Part shown: positions 46,924-56,913 of the stretch, in pieces | How the letters are laid out: every line of letters begins with the position of its first letter | Position numbering within the stretch: the stretch's first letter is position 1 | DNA from: Nostoc sp. | GTDB lineage: Bacteria; Cyanobacteriota; Cyanobacteriia; Cyanobacteriales; Nostocaceae | Length of the DNA stretch: 64,000 bases | Assembly: GCF_036917675.1 (NCBI RefSeq) | Contig: NZ_JBALCT010000051.1 | Span: forward strand, 17,675-81,674 | Direction: 5' to 3' | Made by a program: the position numbers and the translations under genes | The notes under the pieces: generated by a model | Told to the model about the DNA's origin: nothing | Databases searched by the model: none | What the model saw: the letters and a program-made list of their open reading frames with translations, nothing else

Positions 46924-47055
46924 TTAGTGGCTTCTGTGCCATGAATGCAAAAATAACAACCCAATTGCCAATCCCATACTGGCAATTATTGTTACTCCTA
47001 TACCTAAAATGCGTAGGCGCAGCCCAACCCAGGCATCGCTAATATTTAGGTGCAT
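46924..47055 (-). CDS. Possible 43-aa small membrane protein
   Basis: MHLNISDAWVGLRLRILGIGVTIIASMGLAIGLLFLHSWHRSH has one hydrophobic span. It lies 46 nt downstream of the 47102 gene on the same strand. No other support. Confidence 0.25.
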   Translation of the reverse strand: MHLNISDAWVGLRLRILGIGVTIIASMGLAIGLLFLHSWHRSH

Positions 47056-47101
47056 ATCTAGAAATCTAATGCTGCGACAAAAACTTCATCCTATGCAAGG
47101 T

Positions 47102-47335
47102 TTAGGAGAACTTTTCCCAGGATTGGGCAACTAATTGGCTCAACCAGCGACGTTGTTGCTGATCCAGCAGTGGATCATCTGCTAGCAACTGAGCGGTTAA
47201 TTCTTCCAAAGATTGACCCTGAGCGCGGACAATTTTAATTACTCCAGCGATCGCACTGGCAACTAGTTCTTCATCAATCGGCTTTTGTCGCAGGGCAACA
47301 ATTTCTTGGGGACTGTCTGGAATGGGATAATTCAT
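47102..47335 (-). CDS. Hypothetical protein (77 aa)
   Basis: ORF with an ATG start and a helical acidic sequence. No motif recognised. Confidence 0.5.
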   Translation of the reverse strand: MNYPIPDSPQEIVALRQKPIDEELVASAIAGVIKIVRAQGQSLEELTAQLLADDPLLDQQQRRWLSQLVAQSWEKFS

Positions 47336-47495
47336 GGCGTGGGTTTACAGAAATACAAAATGAACAATAACTTTGACAAACTCTTAAAATTTCTTCACTG
47401 AATCTTTACGAAACTAATAGGGCGGAGTTTACCTTACTTTGTGCCTTCATAAAATCTGTCTTAGTGAGTAGATTGAACGGAGATGTCAGCAAACG

Positions 47496-49613
47496 ATGAG
47501 AGAAATTCTTTATTTAGAAGTTCCAACTTCGGATATAGCAACTGTGCGTAGCTGGTTACAAACAGATTTTGAACCCGGAAATGGAGAAAAAGTGCTTACC
47601 TCGGAAGGCTTTCGCCTCAAAATCCCCACAGCAACTCCAACTGCTACCGGGGCTATTTCCGAAAACTTGCCTGCGGAACTTTCGGTATTTGTCTGGTGGG
47701 TGCAACGAACTACCTATCTGAAAGTGTTTCGTTGGGCAGAACAAGCCTTTCCCAGTGAAGGACAAATTCTGCAACGCCTAACCAAAGAAATCAGAAGCCG
47801 TTTTCCGCATCATTACCCAGAACCGCCAGCGATTGATTTATCCCAGCAATCGATTTTTGCAGCACTAGGCTCTGTTTACCCCCTCACGGTCAAATATTTT
47901 CAGAAAATGCCCAACGGTGAATATGACCTAACGCGTGCCTATTGGTGGGAACAACGATGGCGCGAAGGGGTACGGAATCCGCAGCAGCCGCGTCAAGTTC
48001 TGTTTTCGCAGGGGAGCAGGGGGGAAACAACCAATGCCCCATGCCCTATGCCCCATGCCCAGTACGACATCATTTATATCGGTGGCGCACTAGGCGCGAT
48101 TCATGCAGCACTGATGGCAAAACTGGGATATAAAGTTCTGCTAGTGGAACGAATGCCCTTTGGGCGGATGAACCGAGAATGGAATATTTCCCGCGATGAG
48201 ATTCAAAGTTTAGTTAACCTGGGTTTAGTCACCCCCGCTGAGTTAGAAACCATCATTGCCAGGGAATACAAAGACGGATTCAATAAGTTTTTTGATGCTA
48301 ATAATCCAGCCAAACTGCGATCGCCCGTCCTCCACACACCCACAGTCCTAAATTTAGGCTTAGATTCCGAAAAATGGCTCCAAATGTGTGGGCAAAAACT
48401 GCAAGCGGCAGGCGGTGATATTTGGGATGAAACAGAGTTTATCCGTGCAGATATTGATGTATCACAAGTACTTCTGAAAGTCAAGCACTTACCCAGTCAA
48501 AGCGAGAAGCAAGTAAGTGGACGACTGCTAATAGATGCAATGGGAACTGCATCCCCCATCGCTTGGCAATTAAATGGTGGTCGAGCTTTTGATAGTGTAT
48601 GTCCGACAGTGGGAGCGGCGATTGAGAGCGGATTTGAGCCTGGGGTGTGGGATTCCCAATATGGAGACGTTCTTTACAGTCATGGGGATATTTCGCGGGG
48701 AAGGCAGCTGATTTGGGAACTGTTTCCGGGAGCAGATGATGAACTGACGATTTATTTATTTCATTACCACGAAGTCAATGCTGAAAATCCCGGTTCCTTG
48801 CTGGAGATGTACGAGGACTTTTTCACGATTTTGCCAGAGTATCGCAGGTGCGATATGGACAAATTGGTGTGGAAGAAGCCGACATTTGGGTATATACCGG
48901 GGCATTTTAGTGTGGGGAGTAGCGATCGCACAGTTGCCTTTGATCGATTGATTGCGATCGGTGATGCCGCATCACTCCAGTCTCCCCTGGTTTTCACCGG
49001 TTTTGGTTCTCTAGTTCGCAACTTAGAGCGCTTAACAACACTGTTGGATACTGCTCTCAAACATGACTTGTTGAGTTTCCGACACTTGAACCAAATTCGC
49101 GCCTACCAAAGTAACGTTTCAGTAACTTGGCTATTTTCCAAAGGCATGATGGTGCCCACAGGGAAATTTTTACCACCGCAACGGATTAACTCTATGCTCA
49201 ACACCTTTTTTGGGCTGTTAGCAGACGAACCGGTAGAAGTGGCAGATAACTTCATCAAAGATCGGTGTGATTGGTTAACCTTTAACCGCCTAGCACTCAA
49301 AGCAGCTAGTAAAAATCCTGCCTTGCTTTTATGGATTTGGGAACTTGCTGGGCCTAGGGATTTACTCAGATGGCTTGGTAGTTATTTCAACTTCGGTCGT
49401 CATGCCCTGGTTAGTGCTTTGCTGAGTCCTTGGTTTGGACGCTTCTTAAATCGGGTAGGTTTTTGGGTGGAACCCCGGAATCCGGGATTATGGCTGTGGT
49501 TATTGACGATTAATTATGCGATCGCCACAGGCAAACCGCGATCGCGCGCTCAAGTAGCAAAAGCCAACCCAGAAGCCATAATTCCGAAGTCAGAAGCAAG
49601 GATTCTTAATTAG
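47496..49613 (+). CDS. FAD-dependent oxidoreductase with N-terminal extension, CruA-type lycopene-cyclase-like
   Basis: Dinucleotide fold YDIIYIGGALGAIHAALMAKLGYKVLLVE at ~residue 190, and a hydrophobic C-terminus. Size and layout fit CruA as I recall it. The assignment is tentative. Confidence 0.6.
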   Translation: MREILYLEVPTSDIATVRSWLQTDFEPGNGEKVLTSEGFRLKIPTATPTATGAISENLPAELSVFVWWVQRTTYLKVFRWAEQAFPSEGQILQRLTKEIRSRFPHHYPEPPAIDLSQQSIFAALGSVYPLTVKYFQKMPNGEYDLTRAYWWEQRWREGVRNPQQPRQVLFSQGSRGETTNAPCPMPHAQYDIIYIGGALGAIHAALMAKLGYKVLLVERMPFGRMNREWNISRDEIQSLVNLGLVTPAELETIIAREYKDGFNKFFDANNPAKLRSPVLHTPTVLNLGLDSEKWLQMCGQKLQAAGGDIWDETEFIRADIDVSQVLLKVKHLPSQSEKQVSGRLLIDAMGTASPIAWQLNGGRAFDSVCPTVGAAIESGFEPGVWDSQYGDVLYSHGDISRGRQLIWELFPGADDELTIYLFHYHEVNAENPGSLLEMYEDFFTILPEYRRCDMDKLVWKKPTFGYIPGHFSVGSSDRTVAFDRLIAIGDAASLQSPLVFTGFGSLVRNLERLTTLLDTALKHDLLSFRHLNQIRAYQSNVSVTWLFSKGMMVPTGKFLPPQRINSMLNTFFGLLADEPVEVADNFIKDRCDWLTFNRLALKAASKNPALLLWIWELAGPRDLLRWLGSYFNFGRHALVSALLSPWFGRFLNRVGFWVEPRNPGLWLWLLTINYAIATGKPRSRAQVAKANPEAIIPKSEARILN

Positions 49614-49650
49614 TCATTAGTCATTAGTCATTAGTCATTGGGCATTGATC
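49609..49650. repeat. TTAGTCA heptamer array (6 units) overlapping the stop codon at 49611..49613
   Basis: ttagtcattagtcattagtcattagtcattgggcattgatca. Confidence 0.9.
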
Positions 49651-49695
49651 ACTTGACTCTAAACTCTTGTACAGACGCGATTCATCGCGTCTCTC

Positions 49696-51240
49696 CTATT
49701 GACCCAAGGGGCGAAAATTTGGCAGTTCCACCGATGCCAATGACTTACGCCCCTTGGGTGGACGCTGGGGATAAACCACCGGTGAAGGTGAATTCGCATC
49801 ATTGGTGTTATCACCTGATAACTCTGGGGACAAATCAGTAGCCGATAGTTCTAACTGTGTCAATTGTGAAACATCTGACCAGTAATCTTCAGTTTCTTCA
49901 ACAGGTGTCTCGGTGTGAGGTGAAGTATAGGAAACTGGTAAATTATCGGCTGGTGAAAGCATAGAATCTGTCGTCCAAGAAGTTGAGGTAGTAGGGGGAT
50001 TAATTTCTGCTTCCAATTGCTCCTCCTGTGGATTTTCTAGTTCTTCATCGTCTTCTAAGATTGTTGCTAAAGTATCCCAGATAGGCGGATTACTATTCAC
50101 ATCCGTTTTCGCAGTAGGTGGTGGTGGTGATGCAGATGCAGGCTGGGAGGTGAAAAACATTTGGATTAGACTATCTAATTGCTGATCTAAGTTTGATGAA
50201 CCCAAAGGTGAAACAACTTCCGGTGTATCTGGGGAATCATCAATTTCTGGCGAGGCGCTGGGTTGTGCTGGCGTTGGCGTGTCCTTCTTAACTGTCCAGT
50301 TCCAAGAAGATGATGCTGTCGGAGTGGCTTCATTTCTTTGAAATGGGAGTGGTGTTGAGGGTTCGCCCCAAGAATTATCTAGATTATCAGTCAAGGATTC
50401 TGGTTCTGTTGACCAAGGTTGAATTGGCTGTGCGTTAGGAAACAAAGACCGAGCTTTTTTAGAGAATCTTCCTTGTCCACTGGTTATGTCTTTGGGATGT
50501 TTTGCAGTATCTTCTAGGGAGTCATAGCTAGGAACCGATGTATCTAGACATTTTTCCAGAGCCGCTTTGAATTGCAGCGTCTGGCGTTGTTGTCGCATAA
50601 GTCTAGTACGTAACTCCCGACAACCATTTTCTGATTGCAATAGCTGCTGAGACTGTTCGTTATTGTGAGTGTGTAGCAACGTACATTCTCGCTCTAACTG
50701 GGCAAGGCGTTGTTGGCTAATTTGTAGCTGTGCTTTATAACTATCAATAAAAAGTTCCTGGCGTTGAACAGTTTGTACAGCAGTTTCTAATTGTTGAAAT
50801 AGGGATTTTATCTGTTCTTGAGCCGCAGCCAATTCCTGAGTATGTTGGTTGAGCATCGACTCACTAACGCTAGAACGCGTTTTCTGCCACTGCAAAACCT
50901 TTTCAGACTCAGCTAGATTGTCTTTTAGCTGCTCCACTTGTTCATACAAGTTATTGTTAGCCGCACGCAATTCTTCGTTCAATGCCAGCAGGTTCTGAAA
51001 TTCCGAGTCAATAAGTGCTTGTTTGCCGCTTTCCGGCTCTGCAACCCAGTCCTGCTGGGTGGTGTCTTGTGAAAATTGTGTATCTTCAGCTGGCATGAGG
51101 AGTGGCAGTTTTCTAACTGCCATATTGTCATTAGGCACAACTGAGTAAAACGGGCAACTCGCCTGTTCTGATTGTGGCGAATTAGCAGAATTTAGGGATT
51201 CGATCACAGCCCCCTTGTTTGAGGTGTCAGCTTCATTCAT
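49696..51240 (-). CDS. Coiled-coil-rich protein with Pro/Ser/Thr-rich acidic C-terminal half
   Basis: Residues ~80-235 form a Gln/Leu/Glu heptad-rich coiled coil (LLALNEELRAANNNLYEQVEQLKDNLAESEKVLQW..). ATG at 51240. Confidence 0.75.
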   Translation of the reverse strand: MNEADTSNKGAVIESLNSANSPQSEQASCPFYSVVPNDNMAVRKLPLLMPAEDTQFSQDTTQQDWVAEPESGKQALIDSEFQNLLALNEELRAANNNLYEQVEQLKDNLAESEKVLQWQKTRSSVSESMLNQHTQELAAAQEQIKSLFQQLETAVQTVQRQELFIDSYKAQLQISQQRLAQLERECTLLHTHNNEQSQQLLQSENGCRELRTRLMRQQRQTLQFKAALEKCLDTSVPSYDSLEDTAKHPKDITSGQGRFSKKARSLFPNAQPIQPWSTEPESLTDNLDNSWGEPSTPLPFQRNEATPTASSSWNWTVKKDTPTPAQPSASPEIDDSPDTPEVVSPLGSSNLDQQLDSLIQMFFTSQPASASPPPPTAKTDVNSNPPIWDTLATILEDDEELENPQEEQLEAEINPPTTSTSWTTDSMLSPADNLPVSYTSPHTETPVEETEDYWSDVSQLTQLELSATDLSPELSGDNTNDANSPSPVVYPQRPPKGRKSLASVELPNFRPLGQ

Positions 51241-52339
51241 CACTCTTGACTCACCTGCTTAAAAATATTCAGCAGTGCTGGCATTAGCATTGCTTATCAA
51301 CTATGTCTAATCAGGGTTTGCTCTAAAAGCTAAGTTTAACTCTCTCCAAGCACCAGCAATTAATTATCAATTGGTGTTCCCCATTTTGGATTTAGACTGA
51401 TGCCGTTATAACACTATGATCCTCTTCTCCGTCAAGAAGAGGCGAAAGGTTAACTCGGGCTACCTTTGGGGAGAGAGGAGAAACCCGATACTTAAAAACT
51501 AAACTGTATTGGCTGATGAAGTTTTTCTAGATCAAAAAACTGCATAATTATATAGTTTATTATTTATAATCGCATCTGTCTGAAGATTGTAATTAAAAAT
51601 GTCTTCTCCAATACGTTTTTATACTGACTCATTTATTACTTAGGATCGATACAAGTACAAGTATCTACTATTCATAATTCTGTAATCTTGAGCGATCGCT
51701 ATTTAATGTCAGCAAACAACTAAGAGCTTTTGTCAGAACTGCAATGTTAGGAAATTCTGCCAACTACGAATAAATACGCATAAAAAATTGTTGAAGAAGT
51801 AATAATATATCTAAGTGAATTAATAAAACTTTCTTAAAGAGTAATCTCAACTTAGTACAGGCTTTTTTCTCGGCAAATACAGTCCTAGTAAGCAATTCCA
51901 GCCTTAGTTAATCAGAAGCTTTTTCTATGAGCTTGCCTTCAATCCGTGAAGTTTGTTTAATGACTGCAAGAAGGTTGTTTAAAGTATACTTGACTACTTG
52001 CTAATAATTTTTATATTGTATATTAAAATACAATTTTAAGACTTTAATTAAGTATTAACACTGTTAGAATTTTAATTATTTTATTAAATAATAATAGGTA
52101 TAGCCGGGTTTTCTACTAGGAACAAAGTAATTATAAAGACCATGATTACTGGCGATTGATCAGCTAATGTACTTTTAATTTGCATAACCAGGGCGCTCAT
52201 GTTGCCCACCCCACAAGATTTTTACTTCTAGGTAATATGCAAGTTAAACGTCCAACAGATGATCATTGTGGCGCGAAATAAAGCGTTGTGGCAGTTAGGC
52301 TTGTCTAAAAAATCCAAATTTTAAATAGGGGTGCTAAAA

Positions 52340-53794
52340 ATGACTGACATACTTTCAATGGATGCAAAAATCAAGCAAGAAGCTGCTCAATTACCGCTAT
52401 TTGTAGAAAATTGTGACAGCTTTTGGAACAAAGAAATCAGACCGTTATTTACAAATGAGTCTCTATCTTTCAAGGTGAAAACTCTTAACGGAAAGTATGT
52501 CAACTACGTCAACTTGGATAATGGAGCGACAACTACTCCCTTTGCAAGCCTTAAGCAGCATGTAGACGAGATGCTTGACACCTATGGCAGCGTGCATCGA
52601 GGTTCTGGGCAAAAGTCCATCGTCACTACACGAGAATATGATGCCAGCCGCAACATTATTCGGGACTTTGTGGGGTCATCTTCAGACAACTATGTAATCT
52701 TTGCGAAAAATACAACAGAAGCAATTAATGGAGCGGCGACACTTTGGGCAAAAAAACCTGGGAAAATCTTAGTTTCTGATATTGAGCATTCATCCAATCT
52801 GCTGCCTTGGGTTACTAAAGACGAAGTTGTGCAGTACAGAACCCAGCCGGATGGAAGTGTCAGTATCACAGAAATTGAAGATATTTTCAAGGCACACCAA
52901 AATCGCCCTAAAGCCGAGCAAATTAAGTTAGTAACTATTACAGGTGCTTCGACAATTACAGGTTACAAACCCCCGATTTACGAAATTGCAGCTTTAGCAC
53001 ATCGGTATGGAGCCAAGATGTTTGCTGACGTGTGTCAGTTAATTCAGCATGAACGAGTCGATATGCATGCAGATGATCACCCATGTCATTTAGATTTTGT
53101 GGCTTTCTCTGGACACAAGATGTATGCCCCTTATGGAACAGGGGTTTTGTTGGGGCCGAAGGAATTTTTTGATAGCTCCTACCCTTATCAAATCGGGGGT
53201 GGAAACCTGCCTTATATCACCAGAAATCTAGAGATCAAGCGTTTTTATACAGAACGCGCCCATGATCCTGGAACACCAAACGCAATGGGTGCGATCGCTA
53301 TTGCCAAGGCGATTGAAATTATCGAAGCTTTAGGACGCGATCACATTGCTCAGTATGAACACTCTTTAGTTGAATTCACATATACACGGCTTGGGCTGAT
53401 TCCTGGCGTCAAATTACATATCCCAGGAGATAATTTAGCCCATGTTATTCCCTTTGATATTGATGGGTTTGATGGACGCTTAGTGGCAGAGATTCTGGCA
53501 CAAGAATACGGCATTGGGGTTCGGGCTGGGGCTTTCTGCACTTATGAATATATTCGCAAACTTAAGAATATTTCAGACGAGCAAGACTGCGAGATTGCTC
53601 AGGAAGTAGACAGAGGAATTACGCGCAACATTCCTAGTATTATCCGAGCCAGCTTTGCTGTGTATAATACATTGGAAGATTGCGATCGCTTTATAAGTGC
53701 GATCGCTCAAATAGCTAAAAACGGATTTGACCACTATTTGCCCAACTACACACAAGATCAGACAACTGGTGTTTGGACAGTCATAGACAGCTAG
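52340..53794 (+). CDS. Class V aminotransferase-fold PLP enzyme (cysteine desulfurase / cysteine-sulfinate desulfinase-like)
   Basis: FSGHKMYAPYGTGVL holds the PLP lysine. Also NLDNGATT and ITGAS.ITG. The ORF opens with GTG at 52331. Confidence 0.85.
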   Translation: MTDILSMDAKIKQEAAQLPLFVENCDSFWNKEIRPLFTNESLSFKVKTLNGKYVNYVNLDNGATTTPFASLKQHVDEMLDTYGSVHRGSGQKSIVTTREYDASRNIIRDFVGSSSDNYVIFAKNTTEAINGAATLWAKKPGKILVSDIEHSSNLLPWVTKDEVVQYRTQPDGSVSITEIEDIFKAHQNRPKAEQIKLVTITGASTITGYKPPIYEIAALAHRYGAKMFADVCQLIQHERVDMHADDHPCHLDFVAFSGHKMYAPYGTGVLLGPKEFFDSSYPYQIGGGNLPYITRNLEIKRFYTERAHDPGTPNAMGAIAIAKAIEIIEALGRDHIAQYEHSLVEFTYTRLGLIPGVKLHIPGDNLAHVIPFDIDGFDGRLVAEILAQEYGIGVRAGAFCTYEYIRKLKNISDEQDCEIAQEVDRGITRNIPSIIRASFAVYNTLEDCDRFISAIAQIAKNGFDHYLPNYTQDQTTGVWTVIDS

Positions 53795-53802
53795 TTTTTT
53801 TA

Positions 53803-53830
53803 GGGCATTGGGCATTGGGCATGGGGCATT
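53803..53830. repeat. GGGCATT heptamer array (4 units)
   Basis: gggcattgggcattgggcatggggcatt. Confidence 0.85.
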
Positions 53831-53929
53831 GCTAATTAATTCTTCTCCCTCATCTCCCTCTGCTCCCCTGCTCCTTCATCAAGCCTTATACTTTGTATAT
53901 TAATTAACGTGGATTCGACGGCTTATGTT

Positions 53930-54066
53930 GTAATCGCTTAATTAGCGTAAATATTGAAACTTCTAGAGAGGTTTTACTACGCAAAACCGCCCCTCTCCGA
54001 CTCCCAGAGGGACAGACTTGAACTTTCGTTCAAGGTAGGGAGAGGTTTATCGAACTCACGTTAATT
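53930..54066. repeat. Dispersed repeat ending in TATCGAACTCACGTTAAT (same family as 2138..2272)
   Basis: It shares the 3-prime block ATCGAACTCACGTTAA and GAGAGG/CCTCTC hairpins. Confidence 0.45.
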
Positions 54067-54096
54067 ACGAATTACGAATTAAAAGGGGGTAATAGC

Positions 54097-55383
54097 TTGA
54101 GCGATGAAAACCTCTTTAACCAGGAGGATTATCTAAAAGCACGGGTTGATGAGTGCATCTGGCAAAAAAGTACAGATGCAGGTATTTCGCGCCAACGCTT
54201 TCTGCAAATACTAGCCACTATGGTAGGCGGAAGTGCGATCGGAGCGTTAGCTAAACCTGCGTCTGCTCATAGTCAGACAGGTGTTAAAACCAAGGGCAGT
54301 AAAATACTTAAGCCATTGCCACCAGGGTATATCTCTCATAGCAAAGGCACATTAGAGATGAACTGGGAAACGATGTATGGGCGTGGTTATTTAGTACCAA
54401 ATGATTGGTTCTATGTTCATAACCGGAGTACGCCTCCCCCTTTTGACCCGTCTACATGGCGTTTGCAGATTCACGGAACTGGCGTTTCTGCCCCCTGCGA
54501 GTTCACTTACGATGAAATCATCGCTATGCCGTCCATCTCAGTCACTTGTGCTATTGAGTGTGCTGCTAATGGTCGGCGCTTCTTTGAAGAAGCTTATAAC
54601 ACAACACTCTCTGGAACACGGTGGAGGCTTGGGGCGATTGGTGTAGCTGAGTGGACTGGTGTACCACTTGGTATGTTATTAGAGCGAGCTGGACTGAAAT
54701 CCACAGCAAAAGATGTACTCGTTGAGGGTGCAGATTTGGATTCGCTGGACTCAAAAGAGACAAATAAATCCAAGTTCAGTAGTGTAGTTCCGATTAGCAA
54801 GGCATTAGCAGATAACTCGCTCCTCGTCTATGCAATGAACGGAGAACCATTACCTCCAGATCATGGTCAGCCATGCCGTGCCTTATTCCCTGGTTGGGGA
54901 GGAAACGCCAACGTTAAATGGATTGAGCGGATTGAGGTTTCCCAAACGCCGATATATACCCAGTGGGTGATGGAGCAAATGGTGTTGGTTGGTGCAGACT
55001 ACCCAGCGATCGCACCGTATAAAGGTAAGCTGATTACCTATCAAAATGTTAAGAGCGCTTTTGAGTTGGCTTGGCCAGCGACACTTTCTGCTGGAACCCA
55101 CTTATTGCGTGGACGTTCTTGGTCTGGGAAAGGAAACATTGACCGTGTGGAAGTCAGCTTGGATGGCGGCAGAACTTGGCAATTTGCACGACTGAGAGAA
55201 CCAAATTTTCCATTTGCGTGGGTACGTTGGGACATTGAATGGAACCCAGTTCCTGGCGAGTATTTTCTCCAAGCTAGTGCTACTGACAATTTAGGTAACA
55301 CACAACCGACTAAAGTTCCGTGGAATGATTCTGGATTGCTCTACGGAGGTGTTGTTAGCCATCCAGTGACAGTACAAGGTTAA
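54097..55383 (+). CDS. Sulfite-oxidase-family molybdopterin oxidoreductase with Tat-like signal
   Basis: SRQRFLQILATMVGGSAIGALAKPASA is the signal. VTCAIECAANGRRFF holds the Mo-ligand Cys region. YAMNGEPLPPDHGQPCRALFPGWGGNANVKW. C-terminal Mo-co dimerisation domain. Apparent TTG start. Confidence 0.85.
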   Translation: MSDENLFNQEDYLKARVDECIWQKSTDAGISRQRFLQILATMVGGSAIGALAKPASAHSQTGVKTKGSKILKPLPPGYISHSKGTLEMNWETMYGRGYLVPNDWFYVHNRSTPPPFDPSTWRLQIHGTGVSAPCEFTYDEIIAMPSISVTCAIECAANGRRFFEEAYNTTLSGTRWRLGAIGVAEWTGVPLGMLLERAGLKSTAKDVLVEGADLDSLDSKETNKSKFSSVVPISKALADNSLLVYAMNGEPLPPDHGQPCRALFPGWGGNANVKWIERIEVSQTPIYTQWVMEQMVLVGADYPAIAPYKGKLITYQNVKSAFELAWPATLSAGTHLLRGRSWSGKGNIDRVEVSLDGGRTWQFARLREPNFPFAWVRWDIEWNPVPGEYFLQASATDNLGNTQPTKVPWNDSGLLYGGVVSHPVTVQG

Positions 55384-55532
55384 TCACACCAAATCAGTTC
55401 TCTAGAAAAAGACCTATAGCAGTCCTAAATCAATTATGAAAATCTCTATTTCTGATCTCTCCGTGTTCTCTGCGTCTCTGTGGTTCGATTAAAAAACTAT
55501 TTTTCACAACCCCTGCACGGATTGCTATATTT

Positions 55533-56324
55533 ATGATTGATTTTAGCTGGTTGATTTTAGTGACTGGGGGTTTAATATCTGGAGTTATAGCTGGACTTTT
55601 AGGAATAGGTGGCGGTATTATCACAATTCCTCTTTTAGTCACACTAGGTTATACTCCCGTTCAGGCGATCGCTACTAGTAGCCTTGCTATTGTGATTACT
55701 TCAATTTCTGGAAGTTTGCAGAATTGGTGGATGGGCTATCTTGACTTTAAACGAGTAATTTATTTAGGAATTCCAGCTTTCTTAACTACTGGAATAGGTG
55801 TATATTTCGCCAATAAAATTCCATCCTATATAATACTTTTTACATTTGGCATCATCCTACTTGCTAATATCTATTTGATTGAGCTTCGCAAGCAACTGGC
55901 CTTTAAGGAAATAGAGAATACAGCCCCAATATTTAACCCATTAGTTTCTAAAATTGGTACTGGGGGAGCAGCAGGAATTTTGGCAGGTTTATTTGGTTTA
56001 GGTGGCGGTACGATTATGGTGCCACTGCAAATGTTGCTACTAAAAGAAGATATTAAAGTAGCAATTCAGACTAGTTTGGGTGTGATTGTCATCACTGCTT
56101 TAGCTGCCTGCACAGGACATACATTAGAGGGAAATATTTTGTTTGTTCAAGGTATAGTTTTGGGATGTGGTGGTCTTTTAGGCGTTCAAATGAGTACTCG
56201 CACATTACCAAAACTACCAGATTATACTGTGAGTTTAGTGCTTCGTATTTTCTTAGGAATACTATCAATTTATATTTTTTGGGAAGCTTGGATAAATTAT
56301 CAACAAATAGTTACTAATTCGTAA
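55533..56324 (+). CDS. TauE/SafE-family sulfite/anion exporter (DUF81)
   Basis: Duplicated LLGIGGG.I..PLL motif (GLLGIGGGIITIPLL and GLFGLGGGTIMVPLQ). About 8 TM segments. Confidence 0.85.
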   Translation: MIDFSWLILVTGGLISGVIAGLLGIGGGIITIPLLVTLGYTPVQAIATSSLAIVITSISGSLQNWWMGYLDFKRVIYLGIPAFLTTGIGVYFANKIPSYIILFTFGIILLANIYLIELRKQLAFKEIENTAPIFNPLVSKIGTGGAAGILAGLFGLGGGTIMVPLQMLLLKEDIKVAIQTSLGVIVITALAACTGHTLEGNILFVQGIVLGCGGLLGVQMSTRTLPKLPDYTVSLVLRIFLGILSIYIFWEAWINYQQIVTNS

Positions 56325-56325
56325 T

Positions 56326-56586
56326 ATAGGAATCCGGTTTGATTTCAGCAAGCCCTACGTAGGGGAGCCAGTGCGTTGCGGTGAGGGGGTCGCAGTCTTG
56401 GCGCTTGGCGTCGATTGCGAACCCCCGAACCCGAAGGGAGGTTCCCTCCGTTGTAGCAACTGGCGTTGTGTTAGCAAGGAGAGTACGGCACCAAACCCTT
56501 GATAATAGTGCGTTACGAACTTCGTTCTAACACACCCTACATACTACATACCAAATTTTGTCCAAAAATTAAATCGGATTGTTATA
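56326..56586. mobile_element. 261-bp MITE-like element with terminal inverted repeats ATAGGAATCCGGTTTGATTT / AAATTAAATCGGATTGTTAT
   Basis: The GC-rich structured core includes the blocks also found inserted in cimA. Confidence 0.65.
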
Positions 56587-56692
56587 TGAGTCTTTAGCTA
56601 TTACACTATTTTAGCCTTGCCACGCCACTACAAGATAGCCAAAGTCTAAATTTTCAAAGGGGTTTCAGCCTTAATTTGACACGTATGCACAG

Positions 56693-56844
56693 CTATAGGA
56701 CTCATATTTGATTTTTGAAATACACGTAGGGTGCGTTACGCTACGCTAACGCACCATCCAAAGCTTCTGGTGCGTTACGACGTTCCGTCTAACACACCCT
56801 ACAAATACTTAAATTTTTTCATAAATCAAATCGGATTCCTATAG
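56693..56844. mobile_element. 152-bp MITE-like element of the same family (CTATAGGACTCATATTTGATTT / AAATCAAATCGGATTCCTATAG)
   Basis: It shares GTGCGTTACGA..TCTAACACACCCTAC with the first element and is flanked by AGCTATAGG...CCTATAGCT. Confidence 0.65.
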
Positions 56845-56913
56845 CTGTACGCCCATACTGTGTAGTAAATTTAGAGTTTTTCTAAAATCTATTTTTTTCA
56901 AAAGAGGTGAGCT

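Noticed and set aside
55470-55500. tRNA-like GGTTCGATT motif
   Set aside because: The surrounding sequence (CTCTGCGTCTCTGTGGTTCGATTAAAAAAC) has no acceptor, D or anticodon arms. It belongs to a CTCTGCGTCTCT-type dispersed repeat, with related sequences at ~20285 and ~25610.
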